Below, piece after piece: positions 30,075-40,141 of a DNA stretch of 64,000 bases. The DNA is taken from NCBI GenBank assembly GCA_965222605.1, contig OZ244960.1, positions 3,968,001 to 4,032,000 of the forward strand. The letters are read 5' to 3'. This DNA comes from Candidatus Latescibacterota bacterium (GTDB lineage: Bacteria; Latescibacterota; UBA2968). Every line of letters starts with the position of its first letter. Position 1 is the first letter of the stretch. The translations under genes and the position numbers were made by a program. The notes below the pieces were generated by a model. The model searched no databases. It saw only the letters and a program-made list of their open reading frames with translations, and was not told the DNA's origin.

Positions 30075-31187
30075 ATGAAAACAGTGATCAGTAATATTGA
30101 ATACTATCAGCCTGCACAAGGCAAACCGAAGCATATGTTTTGCAGTAGTACTTTCTTAAACATTTTGGCCTATCACAATCCATTTTTTAAAAAGCCTATC
30201 CTGTATGATCTGCTGAGAGTTGGATGGACGTTTTGGTATTCCCCAAAAAAGAGAAGACTGAGTTCAATGTATGTAAAGAATGGCTTTTTATTTAATTTGA
30301 ATTCTCTGTTCTCTGTAAACTCGGAGTCCATATTCTGCTCAGACTTAAGTCACTTTAGAGAGTGTTTGAGAGAACGGCTTATTGGAAAACGGCCATTATA
30401 TGTTGATCTATCCGGGGCACCCGTTTTGGTAGGCCAGGAGCTTAAGTTCACAGATCTACACCTGAAACATTTCACATATGTTGTCTTTGGTTTCGACAGC
30501 AAAAATGATACTGTCTTACTTTTGACAAACGGAGCTTCAATAGTCGGTTGGGCATCAATTTCTGAGGTTGCGAGTAGGCTTAAGAGAAATGAAATTGTAG
30601 ATTTTATGAATCCTTTAGACTTACAGATGCCTGATGAAGAAAAACTTGCGGACTTTTTTTTGCGAAAAATAAGAAGCAACTTCAAAACCTGTGCTACATT
30701 AGGCACTTTGAGGAGGATAAATCACTATGTATGGGGAAATATTACGAGGAAGTATATCCCTATAGATTTGCCTCCAGTAAGGACTCTGAGTGGCATAGGG
30801 GGTATAGAAAAATTTTCGAAAGATCTCGTACACTTATATGGATTAGAAAGGAATGAGATAAACGATTTTTCAAAGCATACATGCCGGAAGATAATAGGAT
30901 TCAGAGATGAACGAGCGATATTTATGAGGTCATTATTGGGATTAGCTCGTTTTAACAAGAAAGATCATATCATAAAAGAAGTTGAATGTCTATCGCGAGA
31001 TTTAGAAATAGCTTGGGTATCCTTAGCTAAATCTTTTGCCAGAGTTTATATGTCAGAGAGGAAGGATTCTGTAGATCGAATACAGGAGGAATTGCTTCAA
31101 ATAAAGAGCCGAGAGAAGGCCCTCCTACTACTGATGCAGGATTTTTTAAAAAAAGGGGGATTAGATGGTATGAATCTTTACGAATGA
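30075..31187 (+). CDS. BtrH_N-like (papain-fold) putative acyltransferase
   Basis: N-terminal Cys (HMFCSSTFLNIL), P.YVD, HF.YVVFGFD His segment, and a helical C-terminus with SGIGGIEKF resembling BtrH_N/DUF4872 proteins. Confidence 0.5.
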   Translation: MKTVISNIEYYQPAQGKPKHMFCSSTFLNILAYHNPFFKKPILYDLLRVGWTFWYSPKKRRLSSMYVKNGFLFNLNSLFSVNSESIFCSDLSHFRECLRERLIGKRPLYVDLSGAPVLVGQELKFTDLHLKHFTYVVFGFDSKNDTVLLLTNGASIVGWASISEVASRLKRNEIVDFMNPLDLQMPDEEKLADFFLRKIRSNFKTCATLGTLRRINHYVWGNITRKYIPIDLPPVRTLSGIGGIEKFSKDLVHLYGLERNEINDFSKHTCRKIIGFRDERAIFMRSLLGLARFNKKDHIIKEVECLSRDLEIAWVSLAKSFARVYMSERKDSVDRIQEELLQIKSREKALLLLMQDFLKKGGLDGMNLYE

Positions 31188-31250
31188 ATCATTAGAGTTT
31201 GGAGTTGTCCAATCAGTCTCTATTATTTTAACTAAAAATAGGATTTGACC

Positions 31251-32543
31251 ATGAAAAAGAAAGTAAAAATAGCTTATATCTTTACACGGTTTCCCTGTTT
31301 GACTGAATTGTTTGCTTTACGTGAGGTAGAAGAATTGAGAAGATTGGGAATTGATGTTCAGCCTTATTCTTTAAAGAGGGTGCGGGTAGAAGATATGCAA
31401 GATCCTCTCATGAAATTTTGGTTTGATAAAACCATATATATTCCTTCTTCCTCCAGTTTTCAATGTCTTATATCGCTGTCTAAGAGCGGTATTAAGCACT
31501 TTAGAATTTTCTGGGGAGGTCTCATAGTTAAATGTATCTCTGGAAATATACGAAACTTAAGATATTTGTTTTCTTCGCTTGCAGTATTTTCTCAGGCTAC
31601 GCATATAACACAAGAGTTAGTAAAAACAAACGTTATGTGGGTCCATGCACATTTTGCGACCAACGCTACAACTGTTGCCTGGATAATCAAGCACCTATCC
31701 GGTATCCCTTATAGCTTTACTCCTCATGCCTATGATATATTCAAACGAGAATTCCAAACGGGATTTCTCAGGACAAAGATTCAAGATGCCCATTTTGTTG
31801 TTGCGATCTCTCAATTTAACAAATTTTTCCTTCAAAATTTTAGCGGACAAAAGTCTGAAAATGGCCAGTATCCCGTGATTCATTATGGTATTGGAGCTGA
31901 TTATCTACACAGACAATTAAAGAAGGATTGTAAAAATCAGTTCCCTATTATTCTTTCTATAGCCCGATTAGTAGAAAAGAAAGGTCATGAATATTTAATT
32001 AGAGCATTGGCCACAATTAAACAACAAGCATTGGATTTTAATTGTATAATGGTCGGTGATGGACCTTTGCAGGAGCAGTTGATAGATCAGCTAAAAGAAA
32101 AGAAATTGGAAGATCGAGTCGAATTTGTAGGGAAGTTTTCTCAAGTCCAGGTGAAGGATATTTTGGAACAAGCAGATATATTTTGTCTTCCGTGTATTCA
32201 TGCAAGCAGTGGTGATAGAGACGGCATACCTGTTGTTCTTATGGAAGCGATGGCAAAACGCCTCCCCGTGATTTCAACTCATATGAAAGGAATCACCGAG
32301 TTGATCAGGTCTGGAGATAACGGGTTGCTGGTGCCAGAGAGAGACGAGCAAGCACTTGCAGATGCGTTAATGACTCTACTAAAAAGTGCTAATTTGAGAT
32401 CGCGTTTGGCTGAAGCAGGTTATAATACGATTCATGAATATTTCAACTCAAAAAAAGAAACGACAAAATTGTATCAAATATTTCTTAAGCAACTAAAAGA
32501 AAAAAATACTAAGGATGATGATACGAAACGAATATGGACTTGA
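31251..32543 (+). CDS. Glycosyltransferase family 4 (WcaL-like)
   Basis: RFP..TELF..RE, HAHFA, HAYDIF, ARLVEKKG, GDRDGIPVVLMEAMA. Confidence 0.92.
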   Translation: MKKKVKIAYIFTRFPCLTELFALREVEELRRLGIDVQPYSLKRVRVEDMQDPLMKFWFDKTIYIPSSSSFQCLISLSKSGIKHFRIFWGGLIVKCISGNIRNLRYLFSSLAVFSQATHITQELVKTNVMWVHAHFATNATTVAWIIKHLSGIPYSFTPHAYDIFKREFQTGFLRTKIQDAHFVVAISQFNKFFLQNFSGQKSENGQYPVIHYGIGADYLHRQLKKDCKNQFPIILSIARLVEKKGHEYLIRALATIKQQALDFNCIMVGDGPLQEQLIDQLKEKKLEDRVEFVGKFSQVQVKDILEQADIFCLPCIHASSGDRDGIPVVLMEAMAKRLPVISTHMKGITELIRSGDNGLLVPERDEQALADALMTLLKSANLRSRLAEAGYNTIHEYFNSKKETTKLYQIFLKQLKEKNTKDDDTKRIWT

Positions 32544-32713
32544 CCCTGAATATCGTAAAATGTCGCCATTATGGGCTTATTTATACAAATCCTCGGTTGG
32601 ATAATAATCAACTGGTCGGTTATTATGGTTCAGATTATTTCACGCAAGGCACTTATAACAAAGACGACCAGCACAGGGCTTACTACTATGGAGTTGTCTT
32701 TGGAGGGTTAAGT
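32534..32713 (+). pseudogene. Remnant of a zinc-ribbon class I methyltransferase N-terminus
   Basis: IVKCRHYGLIYTNPR...YYGSDY matches the CxxCGLxYxNPR pattern with the second Cys replaced by Tyr; no SAM domain follows. Confidence 0.5.
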
Positions 32714-33616
32714 ATGAAAGTTGTATTTCTCGGCGGTGGTCAATGGGGACTTTTCCCGTTAAAAATGCTTCTCCAAAAAGAGCACGTTACTGGCATTGTA
32801 GTGCCCGTTAAAGATCCTTTGATCGTCCGTGAAGGTCTGAAAAATCGGATTCCAACCTGTAAAATCGTCGATAGGCACGAGCCACAGTTTGAAGCTTTTC
32901 TGAGGGCCTGTGAGCCTGATCTCATTATTGTAGCTGGCTTTCCTTTTATTCTTCCTCCAAAAATTCTCGATATTCCCTTTAAAGGAATCATCAACCTTCA
33001 TGGCTCTTTGCTACCCGCCTACCGGGGTCCCCAGCCGCTGGAATGGCAAATTATCAATGGCGAGAAAATCTCGGGGGTCACAGTACATTTCATAGACGAA
33101 GATATCGATTCAGGGGATATTGTGATGCAAGCAGAAGTACCCATATTGGAAACCGATACACTTAAAACTATGGCATTGAAGCTGGGCAATAAGGGGTGGA
33201 GACTCCTTGAAGACACATTAGCGAGATTCAAAAAAGGGTCTGTTCAAGGTATCCCTCAGAAACACCATCTCGCATCTTATTATGGAAAAATAACGGAAGC
33301 AGACCGCAAGATTGATTGGACATCTGGTCGAATGGCTATTTTTAATCTTGTACGTGCGTTGCCTCCATATGCACCGGCTTTTTCGGATTTGGAAAATGTA
33401 AGATGCCATATTTACCGTTTGCGCTCCGTGACAAGCAAACCTTCAGGTATGCCCGGGCAAATTCTATGTCAACCATCGGTTTCGCATCCTATGATCATCA
33501 GCACGTTAGATGGAGATGTCGCTGTATTTAAATATACTTTATCCGGACGTAACGGTAGAAAACTTTCCCGAGAAACGGCTAATGACATTCTAAGCCCCGG
33601 AAGTTTTTTCTTATAA
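32714..33616 (+). CDS. Formyltransferase (Fmt/sugar N-formyltransferase family)
   Basis: RBS GGAGG; INLHGSLLPAYRGPQP, GVTVH, IDSGDI. Confidence 0.9.
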   Translation: MKVVFLGGGQWGLFPLKMLLQKEHVTGIVVPVKDPLIVREGLKNRIPTCKIVDRHEPQFEAFLRACEPDLIIVAGFPFILPPKILDIPFKGIINLHGSLLPAYRGPQPLEWQIINGEKISGVTVHFIDEDIDSGDIVMQAEVPILETDTLKTMALKLGNKGWRLLEDTLARFKKGSVQGIPQKHHLASYYGKITEADRKIDWTSGRMAIFNLVRALPPYAPAFSDLENVRCHIYRLRSVTSKPSGMPGQILCQPSVSHPMIISTLDGDVAVFKYTLSGRNGRKLSRETANDILSPGSFFL

Positions 33617-33695
33617 GCCATCAAATCTTGTTTGGCCCGAGTGAGGCAACAGCATCGTTTTAGCGGATTATACCACTCTTCAAGGTATCCTAATT

Positions 33696-34568
33696 TTGAT
33701 GATTTGTGTTTACAGAAAATTGCTTACGACTCTTTGTTTTTTTTCTTACGCTTTAGGAGCTTCTTGGGCTAGCGAGATAGTATTTTGCGAGATGTTTATC
33801 TTTGATTTTAGATCAAACAATAGGGTGTACGAAGAATGGCTCAGCGGGTTCGTATTCTGCGTCCTGGTATTAATTCTCCCTATCCTTTCATTTGTTATGC
33901 CCAACATTTGTCTATCATCAATGCGGTGGTTGGTGCTGACATCGGGAATGATTTTTCCCTGCTGCTTCATATTGCTAATATCATTCTCCAATGTGTGTTT
34001 TATTCTCGATTATCCTATCCGTATTGCTTCCACGCCAAGATCCGCGGATGTGATCGATATCGGTGGACAGGGAAGTTTTCCCCTGAGTTTTGATTTGGGT
34101 GCCGATCTTTTTCATGCAGGCTTAGCCTCAAAAATAGTGACATTCGTCCCTAATAGAAAACCCTATTCTTCGTATTTACACCAGACCCTTTCAATACCAC
34201 CTGATGCCATTATATGGGCGAGGGGTAAGTCTAATAACACATTAATAGAAGCATCCTCACTCGCCAAATTGTGTAGGGACAATTCCTGGGATAGCGTAAT
34301 CCTGGTCGCAGACTCCCATCGTATGTTTCGGAAATCCAGGGCTTTTATTAAAGCAGGTGTTCCGATAGTTTATCCTGCAAATGTTACTGGAGATCAACAG
34401 TGGATGGCTCCTGCGAAGTTTATCGGTGTGAGTCAACAAGCCTATTGGGATTTAAATGGTTTCGAATGTGACTGGTTTATTCTTCAGCAATTTCGGCACA
34501 AGATGGTGATCCGGACACTGCACGAATATTTGGGAATTATTTTTTACGCGGTCATTGGATACATTTAG
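33696..34568 (+). CDS. YdcF/ElyC (DUF218) family membrane protein
   Basis: ADVIDIGG, SNNTLIEA, ILVADSHRMFR, LHEYLGIIFY; start uncertain. Confidence 0.7.
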   Translation: MMICVYRKLLTTLCFFSYALGASWASEIVFCEMFIFDFRSNNRVYEEWLSGFVFCVLVLILPILSFVMPNICLSSMRWLVLTSGMIFPCCFILLISFSNVCFILDYPIRIASTPRSADVIDIGGQGSFPLSFDLGADLFHAGLASKIVTFVPNRKPYSSYLHQTLSIPPDAIIWARGKSNNTLIEASSLAKLCRDNSWDSVILVADSHRMFRKSRAFIKAGVPIVYPANVTGDQQWMAPAKFIGVSQQAYWDLNGFECDWFILQQFRHKMVIRTLHEYLGIIFYAVIGYI

Positions 34569-34681
34569 TAATGCCTTCAAAAGGCTTGTCTTTAGACTTA
34601 TCTCCAGGTAGCATCACTATTTTGCAATTTCGATTGCTTTTATCACATTTCGCAGGTTTCACAATAGATAAGGAGGAAAAC

Positions 34682-37162
34682 ATGAAAGCAGGATTAGCAA
34701 TTTATACGGGTTTTACACTGTTGTTTTGCATCTTTGGTGCTGGCTTGTCCAAAGGAGAAACCACAATAGACGCGCTGTTTCAGAATGCAATGGAGCAAGT
34801 TGATCAGGTGAGTCGTGCGGAAAGCATTGTGGCTTTGGAGGAGATTATTTCCAAAGATAGAAATTATGCGCCTGCATACAACGAATTGGCCAAACTACAT
34901 CTGTTGGACCACACCGTAAATGGCCGACAGCGCGCAATGCAGATGATACAGCAGGCAATCGAAATTGATCCCGACAATATTGAGTATCAGCTAACGCGAG
35001 GAAAGATTTTGTGGCATCAAGGCTTTCGGTCACGGGCATTGAACCAATTCAAAGACATGACCCAAAAGCATCCTGAAAATACGGATGTCCTCAATAGTAT
35101 AGGTATGTTCTTGGTGTATGATTTCCTATCACAGAAAGATAGAAGAGCGCCATTGAAAGAGATGGACATGGGGTCCAGGGTACCACATTACAAGACAATG
35201 GCAATGAAGCCCAGGATAAAAGATTTCAAGACCTTTGCCCAGGAATCCAAACAAGAAGCAGTGCAAGTCCTGCGAAAAAGCATCGAATTGGATGGAACCA
35301 ACCAACAACCTTATTATTTTTTGGGCATACTCTACTTTGAAGATGAGGACTGGAATGCGTTTCAAACCTTGATGCAAGACTTGTACGCGCAATATCCAGA
35401 TGACAAAAATGCGCTGCTATTTTGCGGCTTTGCCGCTTATCAGATTGGTGAGTTCAATGACTCACATGAATACTATCAACGCGCGCTTGACTTGATGAGT
35501 GTTGAAGAGCGCGAGTTGCTCGAATCTATTGATTTGCTTGTATCCGAAGAAGATCATGCATCCCGCGATACGACGCAGGCAATGGATGAATTATTAGAAC
35601 GCGAGATGTTTTGGAAGCGTCAGGACCCGCTCTATTTGTCTGATTTTAACGAAAGAAAAATGGAACACTTTGGTCGCATAGCGTATGCGAATTTGCGGTT
35701 CAGGAGATTTTCAGATGATGTTGAAGGCTGGCAGACGGATATGGGGAAGACCTATATCAAATTTGGAAGATATAGACGGCGCGTGACAACCAATAAAGGG
35801 ACATGGGATTCTGAAGAGGTCCTGGATGCCGCAATGATGGAGTTCTGGTATTACGAAAACTTTCAGTTCAAATTTTGTGGCACGACGGATGATATCTGGT
35901 ATTTTTGCGGCGGTTCATGGTATGGTGTCAGCGACCGCCTACCTATAGGAGCAAGTGTCTTCCGTGAATACTACTTCGGGGATAAGCTTCCTCTATTGGC
36001 GATGATCAGGGAAAAGTATCCTAAAGAAGGGATGAGACAAGCCTTTGCTCCTGTGCCTCGTACACTTCGGGAAGCCTCACATCATATATTCAAAAAAACA
36101 GAGCAACGGTTTGTCGATCCTTACCTCGACCGAAAATACACCCTTCCCCATCAGATCGCTGCCTTTGAAGAACGAGACAGCGTGCGGGTCGAACTCAGCT
36201 ATATGATTCCCAAAGACCGATTAACAGAAAATTTTGAAACGGGCAAGGTGAGTTTTTGGGATGGCGTGTTCTTCTTCGATCAGCAGTGGAATGATATGTA
36301 TAATGATCGCGAGTCCAAGACCTTCACATTACCGCCGCAGAAACCTGCACAAAACGCCGCTGCACAACATCGTAACGATCACCTGTTGGTCTCGCGCACA
36401 TTGTCTGTACCCCAGGGACGCTATCATTTTTCAGTAGAATTTATGGATCAAACATCTGGTCTAATTGGTATAGCACGCGATGAGAAGCAGTATGTCTATG
36501 ACGATGAGACCTTTCATCTGAGCGATCTGCTCGTCGGCAACGATATTCAAACGAAGAAAGCATTGCCAGAAAGCCGCGGCGACCTGCTCATCACACCCAA
36601 CCCTGTCCGAACATTTTCACAGTCTGAACCGGTCTTTATCTATCTGGAACTGTATGATCTCCAACGCGATGACTTTGGCAATACCCAGTATGAGATCTCC
36701 TACACCATCGGCAAGCCAGAGGTAGATACGCTATCGCCCACATTATTCGCCTCTCAAGATCTGATTGAGACGATGGGTAAAACAGAGATTGATCTGAGGA
36801 GTGAACAAGCAGACCAAATTGCTGCCGAGAATTTGCAGACCGGGCAATCACAGGATGACGATGTGCTCGATAGCGTATTTCCCGATAGCGATATATGGGG
36901 AGAGACGAGGGTTTATACGAGTGGTGGACAGGTTCATCATATCGCTGCTGAGGACTTGAAGGTCAAGCGATCAAAAGATGGCGATTTGACCCGTACAGTG
37001 ACAGCTAATTACGAGGGCAATCGCGAAGATGATTTCACGTATTTGCAGATTGATGTGAACCAGGTGCCTGAAGGAATTTATCAATTAACTGTATTGGCAA
37101 AAGACAAGCAGACTGATCAGACGGATAGGAAATACGTCTATTTTCGGATTGTAGATAAATGA
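34682..37162 (+). CDS. GWxTD domain-containing TPR protein (secreted)
   Basis: RBS AAGGAGG, signal peptide, TPRs, FWKRQDP..NER..EH..R..YAN..F, EGWQTDMGKTYIKFG, EFWYY. Confidence 0.9.
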   Translation: MKAGLAIYTGFTLLFCIFGAGLSKGETTIDALFQNAMEQVDQVSRAESIVALEEIISKDRNYAPAYNELAKLHLLDHTVNGRQRAMQMIQQAIEIDPDNIEYQLTRGKILWHQGFRSRALNQFKDMTQKHPENTDVLNSIGMFLVYDFLSQKDRRAPLKEMDMGSRVPHYKTMAMKPRIKDFKTFAQESKQEAVQVLRKSIELDGTNQQPYYFLGILYFEDEDWNAFQTLMQDLYAQYPDDKNALLFCGFAAYQIGEFNDSHEYYQRALDLMSVEERELLESIDLLVSEEDHASRDTTQAMDELLEREMFWKRQDPLYLSDFNERKMEHFGRIAYANLRFRRFSDDVEGWQTDMGKTYIKFGRYRRRVTTNKGTWDSEEVLDAAMMEFWYYENFQFKFCGTTDDIWYFCGGSWYGVSDRLPIGASVFREYYFGDKLPLLAMIREKYPKEGMRQAFAPVPRTLREASHHIFKKTEQRFVDPYLDRKYTLPHQIAAFEERDSVRVELSYMIPKDRLTENFETGKVSFWDGVFFFDQQWNDMYNDRESKTFTLPPQKPAQNAAAQHRNDHLLVSRTLSVPQGRYHFSVEFMDQTSGLIGIARDEKQYVYDDETFHLSDLLVGNDIQTKKALPESRGDLLITPNPVRTFSQSEPVFIYLELYDLQRDDFGNTQYEISYTIGKPEVDTLSPTLFASQDLIETMGKTEIDLRSEQADQIAAENLQTGQSQDDDVLDSVFPDSDIWGETRVYTSGGQVHHIAAEDLKVKRSKDGDLTRTVTANYEGNREDDFTYLQIDVNQVPEGIYQLTVLAKDKQTDQTDRKYVYFRIVDK

Positions 37163-37233
37163 CCTCCCCGACTTTTGTCTCGGCCAGTGGATTTAATTCT
37201 GTTATCGACTAAAACGGGTCAGGTCTATCAAGT

Positions 37234-37264
37234 AAAAAACCACGTCCTTTGGGCGTGGTTTTTT
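37234..37264. terminator. Intrinsic terminator (bidirectional-type)
   Basis: aaaaaaccacgtcc-ttt-gggcgtggtttttt. Confidence 0.8.
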
Positions 37265-37511
37265 GGTTTTTACTGCTAATGTTTTCGACAGGGATTAAAA
37301 CCGCGATTGTTTGCTCTCCATGCTGGTATGCACATCGATCAATACGGTTTTGCCATCAGCCTGTGCATCTGACAGACAGGTCGGCATTTAAATATATTTG
37401 ACCTTACGCAGCAACTCTATATCTTGTCATGCATTTGAAAAGGGAATGACAGGCGCATCTATGCGTAACGTCAGTTAAGGAGTCATCAGAGAACCTTATG
37501 TGAGGAGAAAG

Positions 37512-40025
37512 ATGATGAATCCAGAACGCGATAAACAAGCACCATTGACCGGGATCCGCGTTGTCGATTTCGGTCATTATATTGCCGGGCCTTTGACAGG
37601 GATGTTGCTCGCAGATCAGGGTGCCGAGGTGATTAAGGTGGATCGGCCGGGCAAACCGGATTACGATACGCCGGCAAATGGCGTTTTTAATCGGGGCAAA
37701 CAGCGCATTACTCTCGATCTGAAAAGTGCTGACGATCTGGTAACGACGGTGAAGTTGATCCGTTCGGCGGATGTGGTTATTGAAAATTTTCGCCCCGGTG
37801 TTATGCAGCGATTGGGTTTGGGGGCAGAAGAGATGACTGCGTTGAATCCGGGGCTGGTTTATCTCTCTTTGCCGGGTTTTGCCTCGACGGATGAAAGAGC
37901 GTCGATTCGCGCTTATGAAGGTATTATCAGTGCGGCAATAGGTCAATATACAGATCTTCAAAGCAGAAGGGCTGACCTGCCGCCTGTTTACACGCCGATG
38001 CCATTGGGTTCGACTTATGGGGCGATTCACGGTGCTATTGCTGTTACGCTTGCGCTGTATGCGCGTGAAGAGAGCGGGTGTGGCGATGTGATTGAGGTTT
38101 CGCTGGTCGGTGCGGCGATGTCTGCTATGGCGGTTATTATGCTGGATGTGGCGGATAAGCCCGCGCGATATGGCTCGCCGACCAATGCTGGTCGTCAGAG
38201 ACAACACAGTAGCGCGGGGTCTCCGTTTAGTGGCACGTTTCGCGCGGGAGATGGGCAATGGCTTTATATTATTGCGGCTGGGCATTCCCGAAATAGCCGG
38301 TCACTGGTTAAAGCGCTGGAAGTGTACGATGATTTGATTGCCGAGGGTATGGTCGATGTGCCCGTGTATGAGAATCTCCATTTGACGAAAAATATTCCCG
38401 ATTCATCCCATTTGTCCAGAGAATGGAATCTCAAAGCACGAGAGAAAATTGAAAGTGTGCTGGCGAGTGAACCCGCACAACACTGGGTTGATGTTTTGAC
38501 GGCTGCCGGGGTGCCGTGTACGATTCAGCGCACGGCACAGGAGTGGTTGCACAAATCCGAGACCGAAGAAGCGGCTTTGACTGTTGTGGTTGATGATCCC
38601 GATTACGGCTCGATGCGGCAACTCGGCGTGCAGACATGGCTTTCCAAAACGCCCGATGAATGCGCGATTCCCAGGCCGTCGAGACCGTTAGAAGCGTATC
38701 CGCAGATGACGCAGCACAGGCGAAGCCTACAACGCAGCGAAGCAAGTATCAACGCAGATGAATCTTTTGCAGGTGGCGGTGAATCCAAATCCATAGAATC
38801 TGCAAAACCGATTCTGGAAGGTGTTCGCGTTCTGGATTTGTCCAATGTACTCGCCGGGCCAGCCAGTGCGCGCACGCTGGCGGAATACGGCGCGGAGGTT
38901 ATTAAGATCGATCCGCCAGATCCCTATTTTGGTCCGCGCATTTCCAGTTGGTTTCCCCTGGAAGTTAGCCCCGGCAAGCGCAGCGTGATTTTGAACTTGA
39001 AAGACGAGGCTGGCAGGGCAGCTTTTATGAAGTTGGTTGAAACAGCCGATGTTATTGTTCACAATTTCCGGCCCGGCGTTGCTCAAAATTTGGGTATTGA
39101 TTACGATGCTGTTAAGAGGCGCAAACCCGATATTGTGTATCTCAATTTGACGGCTTTTAATGGTCCGCGCCCGGGTCCGTGGATGAATCGCCCGGGTTTT
39201 GATCCCTTGCTTCAGGGATCGACCGGGATACAAATGCGCTATGCTGGTGAGGGCAATAAACCGATCTTGCACGGCTGGGCGTCGTGTATCGATTATATTA
39301 CGGGATATTCGGCAACTTATGGCGCGGTGCTGGCGTTGCTGAAGCGCAGGCGCAGTGGCGTTCCCGACGGCGGCGATTTTGTGACGACTTCGCTCGCGCA
39401 GGGGGGGCAACTCGTGCAGGCGCCTTTTATGTTTGCTTGCGAAGCCGAGTGCTCGGGTGATGAGCCGTCGGGGCAGGATGCTGTTGGAGAACACGCGCTT
39501 CACCGCATGTATCGCGCGCGCGATGGCTGGGTTTTCCTGGGTGGGTTGGCGCATGAGATGGATAAATTGAGATGTATTACGGGGTTGGAGCAGGTCCCCG
39601 ATGAAGATGCTGGCGAATTTTTAGAAGGGGAGATCAAAAAACGCGATGTCGCACATTGGGTCAAAGCATTTAACGCAGTGGGGCTGGCCGGGCATCGCAT
39701 TGATTCGCTGGAAGATATTCGCGAGATGTTTTTGCACGAGGTGTGTGACGATCTGTTGGACGCCTGGGACGATGGGCGATCTATTTCTATTGTTCGCTTT
39801 ACAGATCATCCGGTTGGCAGTGCTGTCGATCTCGCACCACCCGCTTATGTGCGTCTGAAAAACGCGCCTATTCAATTGCTCTACGCTTGCCCCAAACAGG
39901 GGACGCATACGAGGGAGATACTCGAGGAACTGGGTTATGATGACGACTATGTTGACGATCTGATCGCACAGGGCATAGCGAAAGAGCAACTTCACAAGTA
40001 TTATTTGCCATACGGTGACGATTAG
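37512..40025 (+). CDS. Double-domain CaiB/BaiF (family III) CoA-transferase
   Basis: Two repeats: LTGIRVVDFGHYIAGP...GAEVIKVD...ENFRPG and LEGVRVLDLSNVLAGP...GAEVIKID...HNFRPG. Confidence 0.92.
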   Translation: MMNPERDKQAPLTGIRVVDFGHYIAGPLTGMLLADQGAEVIKVDRPGKPDYDTPANGVFNRGKQRITLDLKSADDLVTTVKLIRSADVVIENFRPGVMQRLGLGAEEMTALNPGLVYLSLPGFASTDERASIRAYEGIISAAIGQYTDLQSRRADLPPVYTPMPLGSTYGAIHGAIAVTLALYAREESGCGDVIEVSLVGAAMSAMAVIMLDVADKPARYGSPTNAGRQRQHSSAGSPFSGTFRAGDGQWLYIIAAGHSRNSRSLVKALEVYDDLIAEGMVDVPVYENLHLTKNIPDSSHLSREWNLKAREKIESVLASEPAQHWVDVLTAAGVPCTIQRTAQEWLHKSETEEAALTVVVDDPDYGSMRQLGVQTWLSKTPDECAIPRPSRPLEAYPQMTQHRRSLQRSEASINADESFAGGGESKSIESAKPILEGVRVLDLSNVLAGPASARTLAEYGAEVIKIDPPDPYFGPRISSWFPLEVSPGKRSVILNLKDEAGRAAFMKLVETADVIVHNFRPGVAQNLGIDYDAVKRRKPDIVYLNLTAFNGPRPGPWMNRPGFDPLLQGSTGIQMRYAGEGNKPILHGWASCIDYITGYSATYGAVLALLKRRRSGVPDGGDFVTTSLAQGGQLVQAPFMFACEAECSGDEPSGQDAVGEHALHRMYRARDGWVFLGGLAHEMDKLRCITGLEQVPDEDAGEFLEGEIKKRDVAHWVKAFNAVGLAGHRIDSLEDIREMFLHEVCDDLLDAWDDGRSISIVRFTDHPVGSAVDLAPPAYVRLKNAPIQLLYACPKQGTHTREILEELGYDDDYVDDLIAQGIAKEQLHKYYLPYGDD

Positions 40026-40039
40026 GAATTGGAGAGCTT

Positions 40040-40141
40040 ATGCCATCAGAAGAAGCGGTTGCACAGGCAAGAGAACGGGCGATTCCCGTGCTGGATGCGT
40101 GGATGGCTGGTTTTAATGCGGCGGAAGGGGTGCAACTATGA
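40040..40141 (+). pseudogene. Truncated 33-aa ORF resembling an NTF2/SnoaL-like N-terminal helix
   Basis: RBS GGAG; [33 protein letters not shown]; stop overlaps the next ATG. Confidence 0.35.

Noticed and set aside
32714-33616. Housekeeping methionyl-tRNA formyltransferase (fmt)
   Set aside because: Lacks the usual GTP.FA start and def linkage, and lies in an AT-rich sugar-gene block; more likely a tailoring formyltransferase.
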